From Acidimicrobiaceae bacterium (lineage in GTDB: Bacteria > Actinomycetota > Acidimicrobiia > Acidimicrobiales > Palsa-688), in assembly GCA_009785715.1 (NCBI GenBank), contig WQVT01000001.1, positions 1 through 37,300 of the forward strand: a DNA stretch of 37,300 bases, given 5' to 3'. Made by a program: the position numbers and the translations under genes. The notes under the pieces are model-generated. The model made no database searches, was not told the origin of the DNA, and saw only the letters and a list, made by a program, of their open reading frames with translations. This document shows positions 10,401 through 17,212 of this stretch, in pieces. The stretch's first letter is position 1. Every line of letters begins with the position of its first letter.

Positions 10401-10475
10401 TACGCGTACGTGGTGGGCCGCCGGGCGCTGCTCAACGGGTCGCTCCCGGCGCTCGACCTCACAGAAGAAGTATGA
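7431..10475 (+). CDS. Minor tail / host-recognition protein (1014 aa) with one beta-sandwich module, a CBM-like domain and two nested LamG domains
   Basis: ATG 7431 is preceded by AGGAGG (7420-7425). It lies in the same frame as the upstream giant ORF, 3 codons after its TAG. The N-terminus (SYFQGSLSQLAVYPYALTPAEILAHY) looks like the last strand of a LamG domain. A fourth module ends GGNYPQVCTVY. LamG signatures are IRAYYRLDD...SWSWECWF...GNPHHLVVS and LAHYWRLGG...WSWAFLF...GQTHHVVVTWDG...VDEVSWWDRALDQSEVTALY. Confidence 0.85.
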   Translation: MSYFQGSLSQLAVYPYALTPAEILAHYAAAYADAIPVYPSIANHIVTMPNGTTLMGGHPTWTDGTFRLRWQVPAIGNGAFTVQFGSAEVEVSVNAGVLTSSVGVSGSWAVTGSAPVTPGNWYWVYLTNQGTLSSYYIVADENGAPGPTKLVSGSGVFTNRPPRPILLSVSQGPILFGGNYPQVCTVYPAVLPADWLMVNAPGWNVLEPAFCWDTTTAQSGSRSLSIQSGIIADPTWWVTQSPDEWNSIPATASTPYSFTGWIKTMGNETMGPIYQSEVLSTPGIRAYYRLDDHAATAIADLGSMGANGSGTGAMLTDQAGLIAADPNSAFLLQGGIISWPQAALGDSWSWECWFQAPTTLPLGGFYELLRWGNTRIALDENNRLDFGPLKSPNSVADGNPHHLVVSVSPTAIWMYLDGGPIGYTDLTPTPLPLTVPVTYPEVVQDIPGLAHYWRLGGGGPWQDIIGGIAATAVGAGTVTPVPGLVGDDDGAIRTTSTSGVGTASLLPAYTTWSWAFLFKIATTDMTMTSNYVLYTGASGVIGPRVYLSLDVATGRRYLYFYGTNLSGVSAYTTLWSGDKDYNDGQTHHVVVTWDGVTASLYSDGVLRQSRVAVDPNQMIMPAGRLVRMGCYTASSGQEWDGIVDEVSWWDRALDQSEVTALYQAIPKTPVDRLISGLAGDVEHDITVQAFNASGGGPAATASTAPWGALYATSVTAGYGIPGTSWLKLDEVAFYTAALTADQVGAHWVAGSSSDALGPQGAGWYEVWEWDALGNMVARHLSAGPPADALLGWGQVTVNFTTQPNATYFSIRTVLVATGTVWFDNVLVAPDVSSGAVTNVTDGVRVMGPPAMSVFHLAGNNGADVVPLFFGTYSRSQEGGPQVTTNMDVTQIPIFNLAQPITRTGAIKWRQVQFNAMFLAPEAMAQYTALRNTAYASNTPIFFRDQSGRQALVQQSPQGHQVQHEPSNYRRRYDLQNTYLEVPNTVSPYTPYAYVVGRRALLNGSLPALDLTEEV

Positions 10476-10897
10476 GACCGATCCTGGATCGACTCTTCGC
10501 GAGGGCGGACTTGGGAGACTGCTGGGAGTGGACCGGATGGACCGAGCACGGATATGGCCGCATCTTGATCGAGGGGAGGTACCGGCGGGTCCATCGCGTG
10601 GCTTGGGAGCTTCTCGTCGGGCCGGTCCCCGAGGGAGGGACGCTCGACCACCTTTGTCGGAACCGTCGATGCTTCAACCCAGACCATCTCCGGCTCGTTT
10701 CGCCTGGCGAGAATGTGCTCTTCGGGTATGGATTGACAGCCCAAGCGGCTCGCCAGACGCACTGCAAGAGGGGACATCCGCTTTCCGGCACCAATCTCAT
10801 GGTCAACAGCGAGGGAAGGCGGGTCTGTCGAACCTGCAATAACGCCTACCAGCGGGCCAGACGAAGCATCCGCGCCCGTGCGGCACAGGAGGTGTGA
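10472..10897 (+). CDS. HNH homing-type endonuclease (copy 1 of 3)
   Basis: ATG 10472 overlaps the upstream stop (gtATGa). Motifs are CWEWTG...GYGR...HRVAWE...LDHLCRNRRCFNPDHL...N, followed by a C-terminal zinc finger (HCKRGH...CRTC). It is paralogous to 12111-12617 and 26182-26613. Confidence 0.85.
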   Translation: MRPILDRLFARADLGDCWEWTGWTEHGYGRILIEGRYRRVHRVAWELLVGPVPEGGTLDHLCRNRRCFNPDHLRLVSPGENVLFGYGLTAQAARQTHCKRGHPLSGTNLMVNSEGRRVCRTCNNAYQRARRSIRARAAQEV

Positions 10898-10898
10898 G

Positions 10899-12089
10899 GT
10901 GCAGAAGCCGGGCCGGGCCGCGATCCCGCCGAGCACGCAGGCTTACACCGATCAGCAGGTGCTGGACCGGCTGCTGCGCGCGCCCACCGCCGCCGAGCGG
11001 TGGACGTTCGAGTTGATGGACTCGACCGCGCGAGTGATAGGTGATCTCACGCCGTACGTGACATACGGAAACTCGACGCTGCAGATCGACACCACGCGCG
11101 ACGTGGTGGCGTCGCTCGCGGTGACGCTGCTGGGCAACCCGATCGACGACATGAACAGCCTGATCCGCCCGCGCTATCAGTTGCAGATGCCGGACGGGGG
11201 CTGGATCGACTTCATGCTCGGGCTCTACAACGTGCTCCCCGCCGGGCGCACGATCAACCGGGGCCACACGACGACACAGGTCAACTGCGCCGACTCGGGC
11301 CAGCTTCTTGCCGACGCCGGAATCCAGTACTCGATGGGCATCGGCAAGGGGCAGAGCTACGTGCAGGCGATCACCTCGGTGGTGGAGACGTACGGCGGCC
11401 GGACGCCGATCGAGGTGGAGATACCGGACAGCGGTAAGCGGCTCCCGGCGGCGCTGTCGTGGAACGCGGGTGCCAGCCGCATCTCGATCATCAACGATCT
11501 GCTGAACGCGATGAACTACTATGGCGCGTGGTTCGACGAGCGCGGGCACATGCGCTCCGGCCCGATCCCCGACTTCGAGACCGCTCGCCCGAGCGCCCAC
11601 TTCGACAGCGCCACCGACTCGATCGTGTACCAGACGGTGACGACGACCCCCGACTTCAGCAACGTCTACAACCAGTTCCTGCTCACGTGCGACCACCCGC
11701 AGCAGTCGGTGGAGTCGAACGCCACCTCGGCAGGCACCGGATTCTTCGCCTACTACGAGAATCGCAACCCGGCTTCGCCGATCAGCGTCCCGCGCTGGCA
11801 TCCCAAGCTCAAGCAGTGGTCGGACTCCACCATCTGCGATCAGGCCACCGCCTACGCCGCCTGCCTAACCGCCGCTCAGGTCTGCGAGCGCATCTTCGAG
11901 CCGATCACGTTTTCGACGCCTGCCTGGCCGCTGTCGCACTGCAATGACATCTACACGCTGCACATACTGGCCGAGGACGAGCCGGACACCGACTACCGCT
12001 ACATCGAGACGGGCTGGTCGATGGCGTTGGGCACCGGCCAGCAAACGACGCACACCTTCGAGCGCATAAGCTATGAGGGGGTGGGATGA
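10899..12089 (+). CDS. Minor tail / baseplate-like structural protein
   Basis: The ORF is open from 10878. I prefer GTG 10899, which lies 6 nt after AGGAGG (10887-10892) and 1 nt after the HNH stop. High GC3 and a position inside the tail module support coding. No specific family recognised. Confidence 0.7.
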   Translation: MQKPGRAAIPPSTQAYTDQQVLDRLLRAPTAAERWTFELMDSTARVIGDLTPYVTYGNSTLQIDTTRDVVASLAVTLLGNPIDDMNSLIRPRYQLQMPDGGWIDFMLGLYNVLPAGRTINRGHTTTQVNCADSGQLLADAGIQYSMGIGKGQSYVQAITSVVETYGGRTPIEVEIPDSGKRLPAALSWNAGASRISIINDLLNAMNYYGAWFDERGHMRSGPIPDFETARPSAHFDSATDSIVYQTVTTTPDFSNVYNQFLLTCDHPQQSVESNATSAGTGFFAYYENRNPASPISVPRWHPKLKQWSDSTICDQATAYAACLTAAQVCERIFEPITFSTPAWPLSHCNDIYTLHILAEDEPDTDYRYIETGWSMALGTGQQTTHTFERISYEGVG

Positions 12090-12110
12090 TGGCCGTAAAA
12101 TGTGTGTGTA

Positions 12111-12617
12111 ATGTCTCGCCCAAGAAGGCGCGGAGTCGTCGTAGACGAGAACGGATGCTGGATGTGGCGGGGAAAGCGCGATCCGCAGGGGTATGCCGTT
12201 CTAGGTGTGGGTCGTGATGTGGTGAAGCTCAGCCGCCTGATGTATCAGATGTTCATCGGGCAAATCCCGAAGGGCCTTCACATCGACCATGCCTGCCACA
12301 GCGCCGACCCGGACTGCCCTGGAGGCAAGGCATGCCGCCATCGAAACTGCATCAACCCCGCCCACCTCCACGCGGTAACTCCAGTCGAGAACGTTCTAAG
12401 GCGCTACGGACGCCCGCGCACCGAGCGGAACACGGTCTGCAAGCGAGGGCATCCCATGACGCCCGAGAACACCTACTACGTGAACCGCCCAGGAGGCGTC
12501 GTGCAACGCGGCTGCCTTGCCTGTAGGCGGCTCCGAAACACGGCGCGACTGAACCGACTTCGGGGAGTCGAAGAGGCTGCCCGCAACTTCTTTCCGCCGT
12601 ATGAGGGGGCGCGATGA
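12111..12617 (+). CDS. HNH homing-type endonuclease (copy 2 of 3)
   Basis: Motifs are CWMWRG...GYAV...IDHACH...CRHRNCINPAHLHAVTPVEN, followed by VCKRGH...CLAC. I prefer ATG 12111 over the GTG 12102 of the ORF track. Confidence 0.85.
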   Translation: MSRPRRRGVVVDENGCWMWRGKRDPQGYAVLGVGRDVVKLSRLMYQMFIGQIPKGLHIDHACHSADPDCPGGKACRHRNCINPAHLHAVTPVENVLRRYGRPRTERNTVCKRGHPMTPENTYYVNRPGGVVQRGCLACRRLRNTARLNRLRGVEEAARNFFPPYEGAR

Positions 12618-13417
12618 TCCAGGTCGACGAGGGCCAGTTGGACGGGTACTTGACGACGTGGCTGGAGAACAAGTACCCGCACCTCTTGAACTCGTGGTTC
12701 CAGGCCAAGATCGTCACCGTCACCTCCACCTCGCAGCCGTTCACCGTGACGCTGCAGAAGCTCGGGGAGCCGTCCAGCGATGGGGCCGAGTACGTGGTCG
12801 CTCCCAGCGGCTACTTCCCGCAGGTCGGCGACGCGGTCGAGTGCTGCTGGCGCGACCGCAACACCGCGTACGTGATGTGGCCGCTGGGCCAAAGCGCGGC
12901 CGTGCCCGCCATGGTCATGCTCCAGAACACGCAACTCAACGGAACCACCCGGATACGCATCCCGCCGCAAGGGGTTCTGCCCCAGTCGTTCAACGACTTC
13001 CGCATCGTGATCCGGGCGGTCGGCCCCGGCACAGGAACCTTCTCGGACGTCTCGATCATGTTCAATGACGACAACGGAAGCCGCTACGCCCAGGGCTGGA
13101 TGTACGCCACCTCGGGCAACTCCACGTCCGGCAGCGGAGTCTTCAACCAGGGCGGGCTTCAGCCGATCCTCCAACTGCCCGCCACGACGCAGAACATGTG
13201 CCACGGCTTCATCGACATCCCCTACGCGACTGCGCCCCAGGCACGCCTCGGGCGGGTGGCGTTCGGGTACTCCTACCACATCGAAGGCTGGAGCAGTTCC
13301 AGCAACCTCTCCGAGTTACATCGCACGGTGTGGTGGTACAGCAACGCCCCGATTCGCACGATCACCCTCCAGAGCCAGGCTCTCACCGGCTCGGTCCGGG
13401 CCTACGGCATCACCTGA
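12614..13417 (+). CDS. Putative tail tip / receptor-binding protein (267 aa)
   Basis: ATGA overlap with the HNH stop, high GC3, and it is the last gene of the rightward structural block. The function is inferred from position only. Confidence 0.6.
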   Translation: MIQVDEGQLDGYLTTWLENKYPHLLNSWFQAKIVTVTSTSQPFTVTLQKLGEPSSDGAEYVVAPSGYFPQVGDAVECCWRDRNTAYVMWPLGQSAAVPAMVMLQNTQLNGTTRIRIPPQGVLPQSFNDFRIVIRAVGPGTGTFSDVSIMFNDDNGSRYAQGWMYATSGNSTSGSGVFNQGGLQPILQLPATTQNMCHGFIDIPYATAPQARLGRVAFGYSYHIEGWSSSSNLSELHRTVWWYSNAPIRTITLQSQALTGSVRAYGIT

Positions 13418-13449
13418 GCTTTACCTGCGCCGTCTAGGCTGGCTACCCA

Positions 13450-13806
13450 ATGCGGGTGATCTCCGAGCGGTTCCCCGGTGCCCTGCTGGTCGCCATGGTG
13501 TTGGTCGTCATGGGCGTTGCGATCCTTGGGCTCGTGCGCATGTACGAGGCACCGCGCGCCCACCTGTACCTCGGCCTGCCGACGATCGCGGTTGGGATGA
13601 CGGTGTTCGTGCTGGTGTTCTGGGGTCCGACCCAGCCCTATCCCGCGCCACCGCCGATACCGACGCCGACCGCGACGAAGCTGCCGATCGCGGCCACGCC
13701 GTTCCGGCCCGGTGCCACGCTGCCGCCCAACCCGGTGGTGCCGCCGAGCACGACGCCGACCCCAAGACCGAGCCCGCACCTGGGACGGAGCATCGGCCCT
13801 CGGTGA
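13450..13806 (+). CDS. Small membrane protein with two predicted TM helices and a Pro-rich tail (holin-like candidate)
   Basis: Hydrophobic stretches are ALLVAMVLVVMGVAILGLV and LGLPTIAVGMTVFVLVFW, followed by a PAPPPIPTPT-rich C-terminus. No clear RBS. The holin role is inferred from position only. Confidence 0.45.
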   Translation: MRVISERFPGALLVAMVLVVMGVAILGLVRMYEAPRAHLYLGLPTIAVGMTVFVLVFWGPTQPYPAPPPIPTPTATKLPIAATPFRPGATLPPNPVVPPSTTPTPRPSPHLGRSIGPR

Positions 13807-13853
13807 TAGCCTGATCGTGCTCCGGATGGGTTGGTCACGCTCCAGAGCACAAA

Positions 13854-13888
13854 GAGACCGGCGGCGCTTCGCTCCCGCCGCCGGTCTC
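13854..13888. terminator. Perfect 13-bp GC-rich hairpin between convergent genes (terminator for the leftward cassette, possibly bidirectional)
   Basis: GAGACCGGCGGCG (13854-13866), a 9-nt loop, then CGCCGCCGGTCTC (13876-13888). On the minus strand it is followed by TTTGTG. Confidence 0.6.
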
Positions 13889-13910
13889 GCCCTACCCCTC
13901 CGGGCGGGAG

Positions 13911-14321
13911 TTACCCGGTCTGCTCGATCTCCCTCAGGTCTTCCAGCAGACGCCCCACGCCCTTGACGATGACGCGGGCGCGCCGCCCGTCCTTGGACTT
14001 CGCGGCGTCCTTCGTGGCGTTCACCATGCTCTGGCCCGTCGCCAGCATCGTGCTCAGGCGGCTGTCCATGTCGAAGAAGCGGTTGTTGACCCACGCCTGC
14101 GGGAGCTTCTGCTCCGAGGTCAGCTTGTACGTCCACGGCCCGCGCCCGCGCTGCGGCGTGCACGGCAGCGCCATGTTCGTGGTCTTCAGATACTGCCGCA
14201 CCAGCGGCACGGTCTTGGCGAACCGATAGCGCGGCCACCCCAGATTTACCTCGACGTCCTCCCAGTCGAACCCTCCCGGGTTCCCGCGCGCAAACGCAAG
14301 AAGATCGTCCAGGTCGCTCAT
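13911..14321 (-). CDS. Hypothetical protein (136 aa)
   Basis: ATG 14321 is preceded on the minus strand by GAGGAG (14336-14331). High GC3. Last gene of the leftward cassette, followed by the 13854-13888 hairpin. Confidence 0.7.
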   Translation of the reverse strand: MSDLDDLLAFARGNPGGFDWEDVEVNLGWPRYRFAKTVPLVRQYLKTTNMALPCTPQRGRGPWTYKLTSEQKLPQAWVNNRFFDMDSRLSTMLATGQSMVNATKDAAKSKDGRRARVIVKGVGRLLEDLREIEQTG

Positions 14322-14327
14322 GGTTCC

Positions 14328-15140
14328 CTACTCCTCTTCCACCACCAAACGCAGGGCCTTCTCAGAGCCCCGGATCACATCGTCGGCAGCGCTGATCAGC
14401 TTGCGGAGCGTGTCAACGCGGTCCACCAGCAGTTCGCGCTGCTCCTGCTCGAAGTCGACCCCCTCGGCGAGACGCGTGCCCTCACGGAGGTGCTCGATCG
14501 CCTTCAGCAGTTCCCCGTCGACCTTGAAGTACTGGAGCGGCGCGCGGTGCTGCTTCCCCTCCTCTTCCGCTTGCCGCTGAATCCGGTGCCGCTCGGCAGC
14601 GTTGGCCTCGTCGTGGTCGGCGAGTTGCTGCCGCATGGTCTGCCGTGCCAGGGGAGCATGCTCGACGATCTGACGGGTGAAGACCGCCTGCCGCTCCGGT
14701 GTGCGCTTCTCGAACTCGCTGAAGAGTGCCTGGTCGGACATCATCGGCGGGCTCTGGTCGCGGAGCTTTCCGCCGCGCTGACGCAGGCGCGCGTTCGCAT
14801 CCTCAAGGGTCCAGGAGGTGGCCTCCAGAGCCGCCTGGTAGGCACGGACTGTGATGCCGGGCATTCGGTTCGCCGCAGTGCTGTCGGCTACCCGGCGGGC
14901 GATCTGGAGCCAGCGGAGACTCCGGCCCCGTCGTTCGGCAAGCTCGGGCAGATCAAGCGAACCCGAGCGCGCCTGAGGGCTGCGACGGTCGCCGCCCCAG
15001 CCACTGCTCGGTACGTTCGCGGCCAGCCAGTCCGCCAGGTCCCAGGTCGCTTGGCGGGAGTCGATTTCGATGCGGTCTTCGAGACTGTCGTATTCGGCCA
15101 GCAGGGCCTCACGGTCCCCGCCCGGCAGTTGCGCTTCCAT
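14328..15140 (-). CDS. Hypothetical protein (270 aa) with a charged, probably coiled-coil C-terminal half
   Basis: Long ORF with high GC3. The C-terminal half is E/R/Q/L-rich (AERHRIQRQAEEEGKQHR...EQEQRELLVDRVDTLRKLI). No family recognised with confidence. Confidence 0.7.
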   Translation of the reverse strand: MEAQLPGGDREALLAEYDSLEDRIEIDSRQATWDLADWLAANVPSSGWGGDRRSPQARSGSLDLPELAERRGRSLRWLQIARRVADSTAANRMPGITVRAYQAALEATSWTLEDANARLRQRGGKLRDQSPPMMSDQALFSEFEKRTPERQAVFTRQIVEHAPLARQTMRQQLADHDEANAAERHRIQRQAEEEGKQHRAPLQYFKVDGELLKAIEHLREGTRLAEGVDFEQEQRELLVDRVDTLRKLISAADDVIRGSEKALRLVVEEE

Positions 15141-15202
15141 AGGCGATCCAGCTTAGCAGTTGCGATCGCGGTTGCGCACAAAAGGGCGGGGACCCGGTTG
15201 GG

Positions 15203-15703
15203 CTAGTCCTCTTCGTGCGGTCTGTAGCCGAGGATGTCGGCCGCCAGCGCCTCCGCCTCGGGCGTGTAGCCGCCGAGGTGGTTGGCAGCGGTCTCGACCC
15301 CGTCGCGCAGCGTGAACTCGCCGACGTTGTTGCCGAAGTCCTCGTCCGCGTAGCGCACCACCACGTCGAGGTCCGGGTGCTGACGGCTCAGCGCCTCGAA
15401 GACCGGCATCGGGGCCGACCACGCGGTCTGGAACCGCACCTCACCCTCACCCTCGGTGATCGTGTAGGCGTTCCACTTCGTGCCCCAGTTGGCGACCTGC
15501 CAGTCGTACCAGTTGGGGATGCCCTGCTCGGCGCAGCGCCGTCGGTCGGCCTCGCTCAGGTCGTCGCGGAACATGTTGGCGGGCGGCGGCACGATCTTCT
15601 CGAAGTCGATCGGGCTCCCCTCGCTGCGCATGCCCTCGAACGCCTGCGCCACGTGCTCGGCGTTGCCCTGCAGCCGCAGGATGTTGGTGACGTGGTTCGG
15701 CAT
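15203..15703 (-). CDS. DUF1281 / Api92-like ferredoxin-fold domain protein
   Basis: The start MPNHVTN at 15703 shares one base with the upstream TAA (gTAATG). Motifs are NW.DWQVANWGTKWNAY...FQTAWSAP.PVFEALS..HPDL...YADEDFG, as remembered for the plasmid/phage DUF1281 family. Confidence 0.55.
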   Translation of the reverse strand: MPNHVTNILRLQGNAEHVAQAFEGMRSEGSPIDFEKIVPPPANMFRDDLSEADRRRCAEQGIPNWYDWQVANWGTKWNAYTITEGEGEVRFQTAWSAPMPVFEALSRQHPDLDVVVRYADEDFGNNVGEFTLRDGVETAANHLGGYTPEAEALAADILGYRPHEED

Positions 15704-15960
15704 TACGGCCACACCTCGACGCGGTACGGGAGCACGGTCACCGCGCGCGCCTCGCGCAGCGGCAGGAACCACTCGACCCCGCTGGTCAGGTTGGTGAGCC
15801 GCCGGTCAGCGCGGGGGAGGTCTCGTGCCATCAGGTGCGAAAGCCCGAAGCTCGTCTCCACCAGCACCTCGGCGTAGCTCGGAAGCTCCGCCAGCATCCG
15901 GTTGATGTGGTCGAGGTCCATGGTCCCGGCGCGCCGGGGCGTTTGAGTGTCAGTCATCAT
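15703..15960 (-). CDS. Hypothetical protein (about 85 aa)
   Basis: ORF 15703-15969. I prefer ATG 15960 or 15957 after GAGG. It overlaps the end of the upstream 48-aa ORF by 11 nt and is coupled to the downstream gene. Confidence 0.55.
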   Translation of the reverse strand: MMTDTQTPRRAGTMDLDHINRMLAELPSYAEVLVETSFGLSHLMARDLPRADRRLTNLTSGVEWFLPLREARAVTVLPYRVEVWP

Positions 15961-16096
15961 CCACCTCACTTGCCTGGTTGGCGCGGTACTCGTCGTACGC
16001 CTCCAACTGGCGCTGCTCTTCGTCGGTCGGCTCGTACGGAGCCTGCGCCGGATCGGTGATCGGGTCCCCGGTGGGGGTCCAGCCGTAAATCTTCAT
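15950..16096 (-). CDS. Small acidic protein (48 aa, MKIYGWTPTGDPITDPAQAPYEPTDEEQRQLEAYDEYRANQASEVDDD), apparently leaderless
   Basis: Below the 60-aa cutoff of the ORF track and found by hand translation. ATG 16096 lies 6 nt downstream of the GATAAT -10 box. GC3 is high. Confidence 0.5.
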   Translation of the reverse strand: MKIYGWTPTGDPITDPAQAPYEPTDEEQRQLEAYDEYRANQASEVDDD

Positions 16097-16102
16097 GTCC
16101 CT

Positions 16103-16130
16103 ATTATCCCCAACTGCGCGCGAAACTAAA
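16103..16130 (-). promoter_or_regulatory. Leftward promoter of the conserved TTTAsN / TAnnAT-AG family
   Basis: On the minus strand: TTTAGT (16130-16125), a 16-nt spacer ending GTTGGG, GATAAT (16108-16103), AG, then ATG 6 nt downstream. Confidence 0.5.
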
Positions 16131-16156
16131 CAGAGCCGCCCCGGAGGACGGCTCTG
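16131..16156 (-). terminator. Intrinsic terminator after gene 16173-16640
   Basis: 8-bp stem CAGAGCCG / CGGCTCTG with a 10-nt loop. On the minus strand it is followed by TTTAGTTT. Confidence 0.55.
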
Positions 16157-16172
16157 CGTTGGCGGGTGATGG

Positions 16173-16640
16173 TTAGAGGATCAGGTCGGGGCGAGCGGCC
16201 AGCGGCTCGTCGTCCGGCCAGCCCCACGCCTCCATGATGTGGTCGTTGTCGGCGGCGGCGTGCCTGCTGTAGCGGAGCTTGGCCTCCTCCGGGATCGTCG
16301 CCTCCAGCCGCTCGCAGAGTGCCTTCGAAAGGCTGGGGTCCCACCCCGGGTGCTCGCACGACTGGTAGCCGTAGCAGTGAAAGGTGACCAGGGTCTGGAG
16401 GTCGTCCAGCACCGGGGTCTCCCGCCACTCGTAGCGCTCGACGTCGCCGTCGCGGAAGCTCATCGGCCCGGGCCGGGTGCCGTCGACGTCGCTCGGGTAG
16501 CGGTAGGCCACTGACTTCAGGTTCTCCCGCCAGAGCATCCGTCCGATCGGGTCCGCCTCCAGCGGCGACACCAACTCGCGGGCGATCAGCGCGGTGACCA
16601 TGTGGTCGATGTGGCGCTTGCTGACGATCCAGGCTGACAT
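16173..16640 (-). CDS. Hypothetical protein (155 aa)
   Basis: ORF 16173-16655. I prefer ATG 16640 (MSAWIVSK), preceded by GGGGGTGG and sharing one base with the stop of the 24-aa upstream ORF. High GC3. Confidence 0.65.
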   Translation of the reverse strand: MSAWIVSKRHIDHMVTALIARELVSPLEADPIGRMLWRENLKSVAYRYPSDVDGTRPGPMSFRDGDVERYEWRETPVLDDLQTLVTFHCYGYQSCEHPGWDPSLSKALCERLEATIPEEAKLRYSRHAAADNDHIMEAWGWPDDEPLAARPDLIL

Positions 16641-16714
16641 CAGAGCCACCCCCAACGTTCCACTCCGGCTGCGGCGTCCTCGACGTCGCCAGCCTCGTCC
16701 TTGATGCTGATCAT
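16640..16714 (-). CDS. Possible 24-aa coupling ORF (MISIKDEAGDVEDAAAGVERWGWL)
   Basis: Hand translation. Its ATG overlaps the upstream stop as ATGA (16714-16711), and its TGA overlaps the downstream ATG (TGATG). It exactly fills the gap between two genes. Confidence 0.35.
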   Translation of the reverse strand: MISIKDEAGDVEDAAAGVERWGWL

Positions 16715-16947
16715 GCCGCCACTCCAGCCAGATGCTTGCGGTGCTCGCCCTCCATCCGATCCATCACGAGGGCCAGCCGGACGATCGCCGATGCCGTCCC
16801 CTCACACACCTCGCCGTTGATCTGCCAGAGCCCCTTGTCGTAGAGCACGACCTCGACCCTGGTCACGAACCCGGCGTCCTTCTTGGTCCGCTGGAAGGTC
16901 TCGCCCATCCGGCGCACCGCCGCGTAGCGGCTCTTGAGTTTGGTCAT
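16711..16947 (-). CDS. Small protein (78 aa), first gene of the leftward cassette, apparently leaderless
   Basis: ORF 16711-17025. I prefer ATG 16947 (MTKLKSRYAAV), which lies 7 nt downstream of the TAGGAT -10 box. Its position next to a divergent promoter suggests a regulator, but no HTH was recognised. Confidence 0.55.
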   Translation of the reverse strand: MTKLKSRYAAVRRMGETFQRTKKDAGFVTRVEVVLYDKGLWQINGEVCEGTASAIVRLALVMDRMEGEHRKHLAGVAA

Positions 16948-16954
16948 GCCATCT

Positions 16955-16981
16955 ATCCTACCCAGTTGCGTGCGACCTAAA
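16955..16981 (-). promoter_or_regulatory. Leftward promoter (conserved family)
   Basis: On the minus strand: TTTAGG (16981-16976), a 15-nt spacer ending ACTGGG, TAGGAT (16960-16955), AG. Confidence 0.5.
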
Positions 16982-16990
16982 CATCGGGCG

Positions 16991-17017
16991 TTTAACTTGC
17001 GGCAGACAGGGTACAAT
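16991..17017 (+). promoter_or_regulatory. Rightward early promoter (conserved family), leaderless start
   Basis: TTTAAC (16991-16996), spacer TTGCGGCAGACAGGG, TACAAT (17012-17017), AG, then ATG 17024 six nt after the -10 box. 25 of 29 positions are identical to the leftward promoter at 26145-26173. Confidence 0.6.
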
Positions 17018-17023
17018 AGGGCC

Positions 17024-17212
17024 ATGACGCAGTTCCACTACTTCGCCGAGTCACTCGGGCAGGGCCGAGCGATCCTGCGGCGCGACGTCGTCCACCACGG
17101 ACGGCTGGTCGAGTCGCACACGATCGGATCGCCTGCGCCGATCGCCTCCGTGAAGGCGTTCGCGGCTCGGATGTCACCCCCGTCCACCCCCATGAAGGAG
17201 CGAACCTCATGA
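17024..17212 (+). CDS. Small protein (62 aa), first gene of the rightward early operon
   Basis: ATG 17024 follows the promoter directly. Its stop overlaps the next ATG (ATGA at 17209). Confidence 0.55.
   Translation: MTQFHYFAESLGQGRAILRRDVVHHGRLVESHTIGSPAPIASVKAFAARMSPPSTPMKERTS

Noticed and set aside
10878-10898. Longer start (GTG 10878) for the tail gene 10899-12089
   Set aside because: It would overlap the HNH gene by 20 nt and place the AGGAGG inside the coding sequence. GTG 10899, with the SD at the right distance, is the more economical reading.
12096-12111. TAAAAT at 12096-12101 as a leaderless-type promoter for HNH copy 2
   Set aside because: There is no plausible -35 element, and no TTTAsN or ACTGGG block of the conserved family. 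The spacing to the ATG is 9 nt. It is probably just an AT-rich junction left by HNH insertion.
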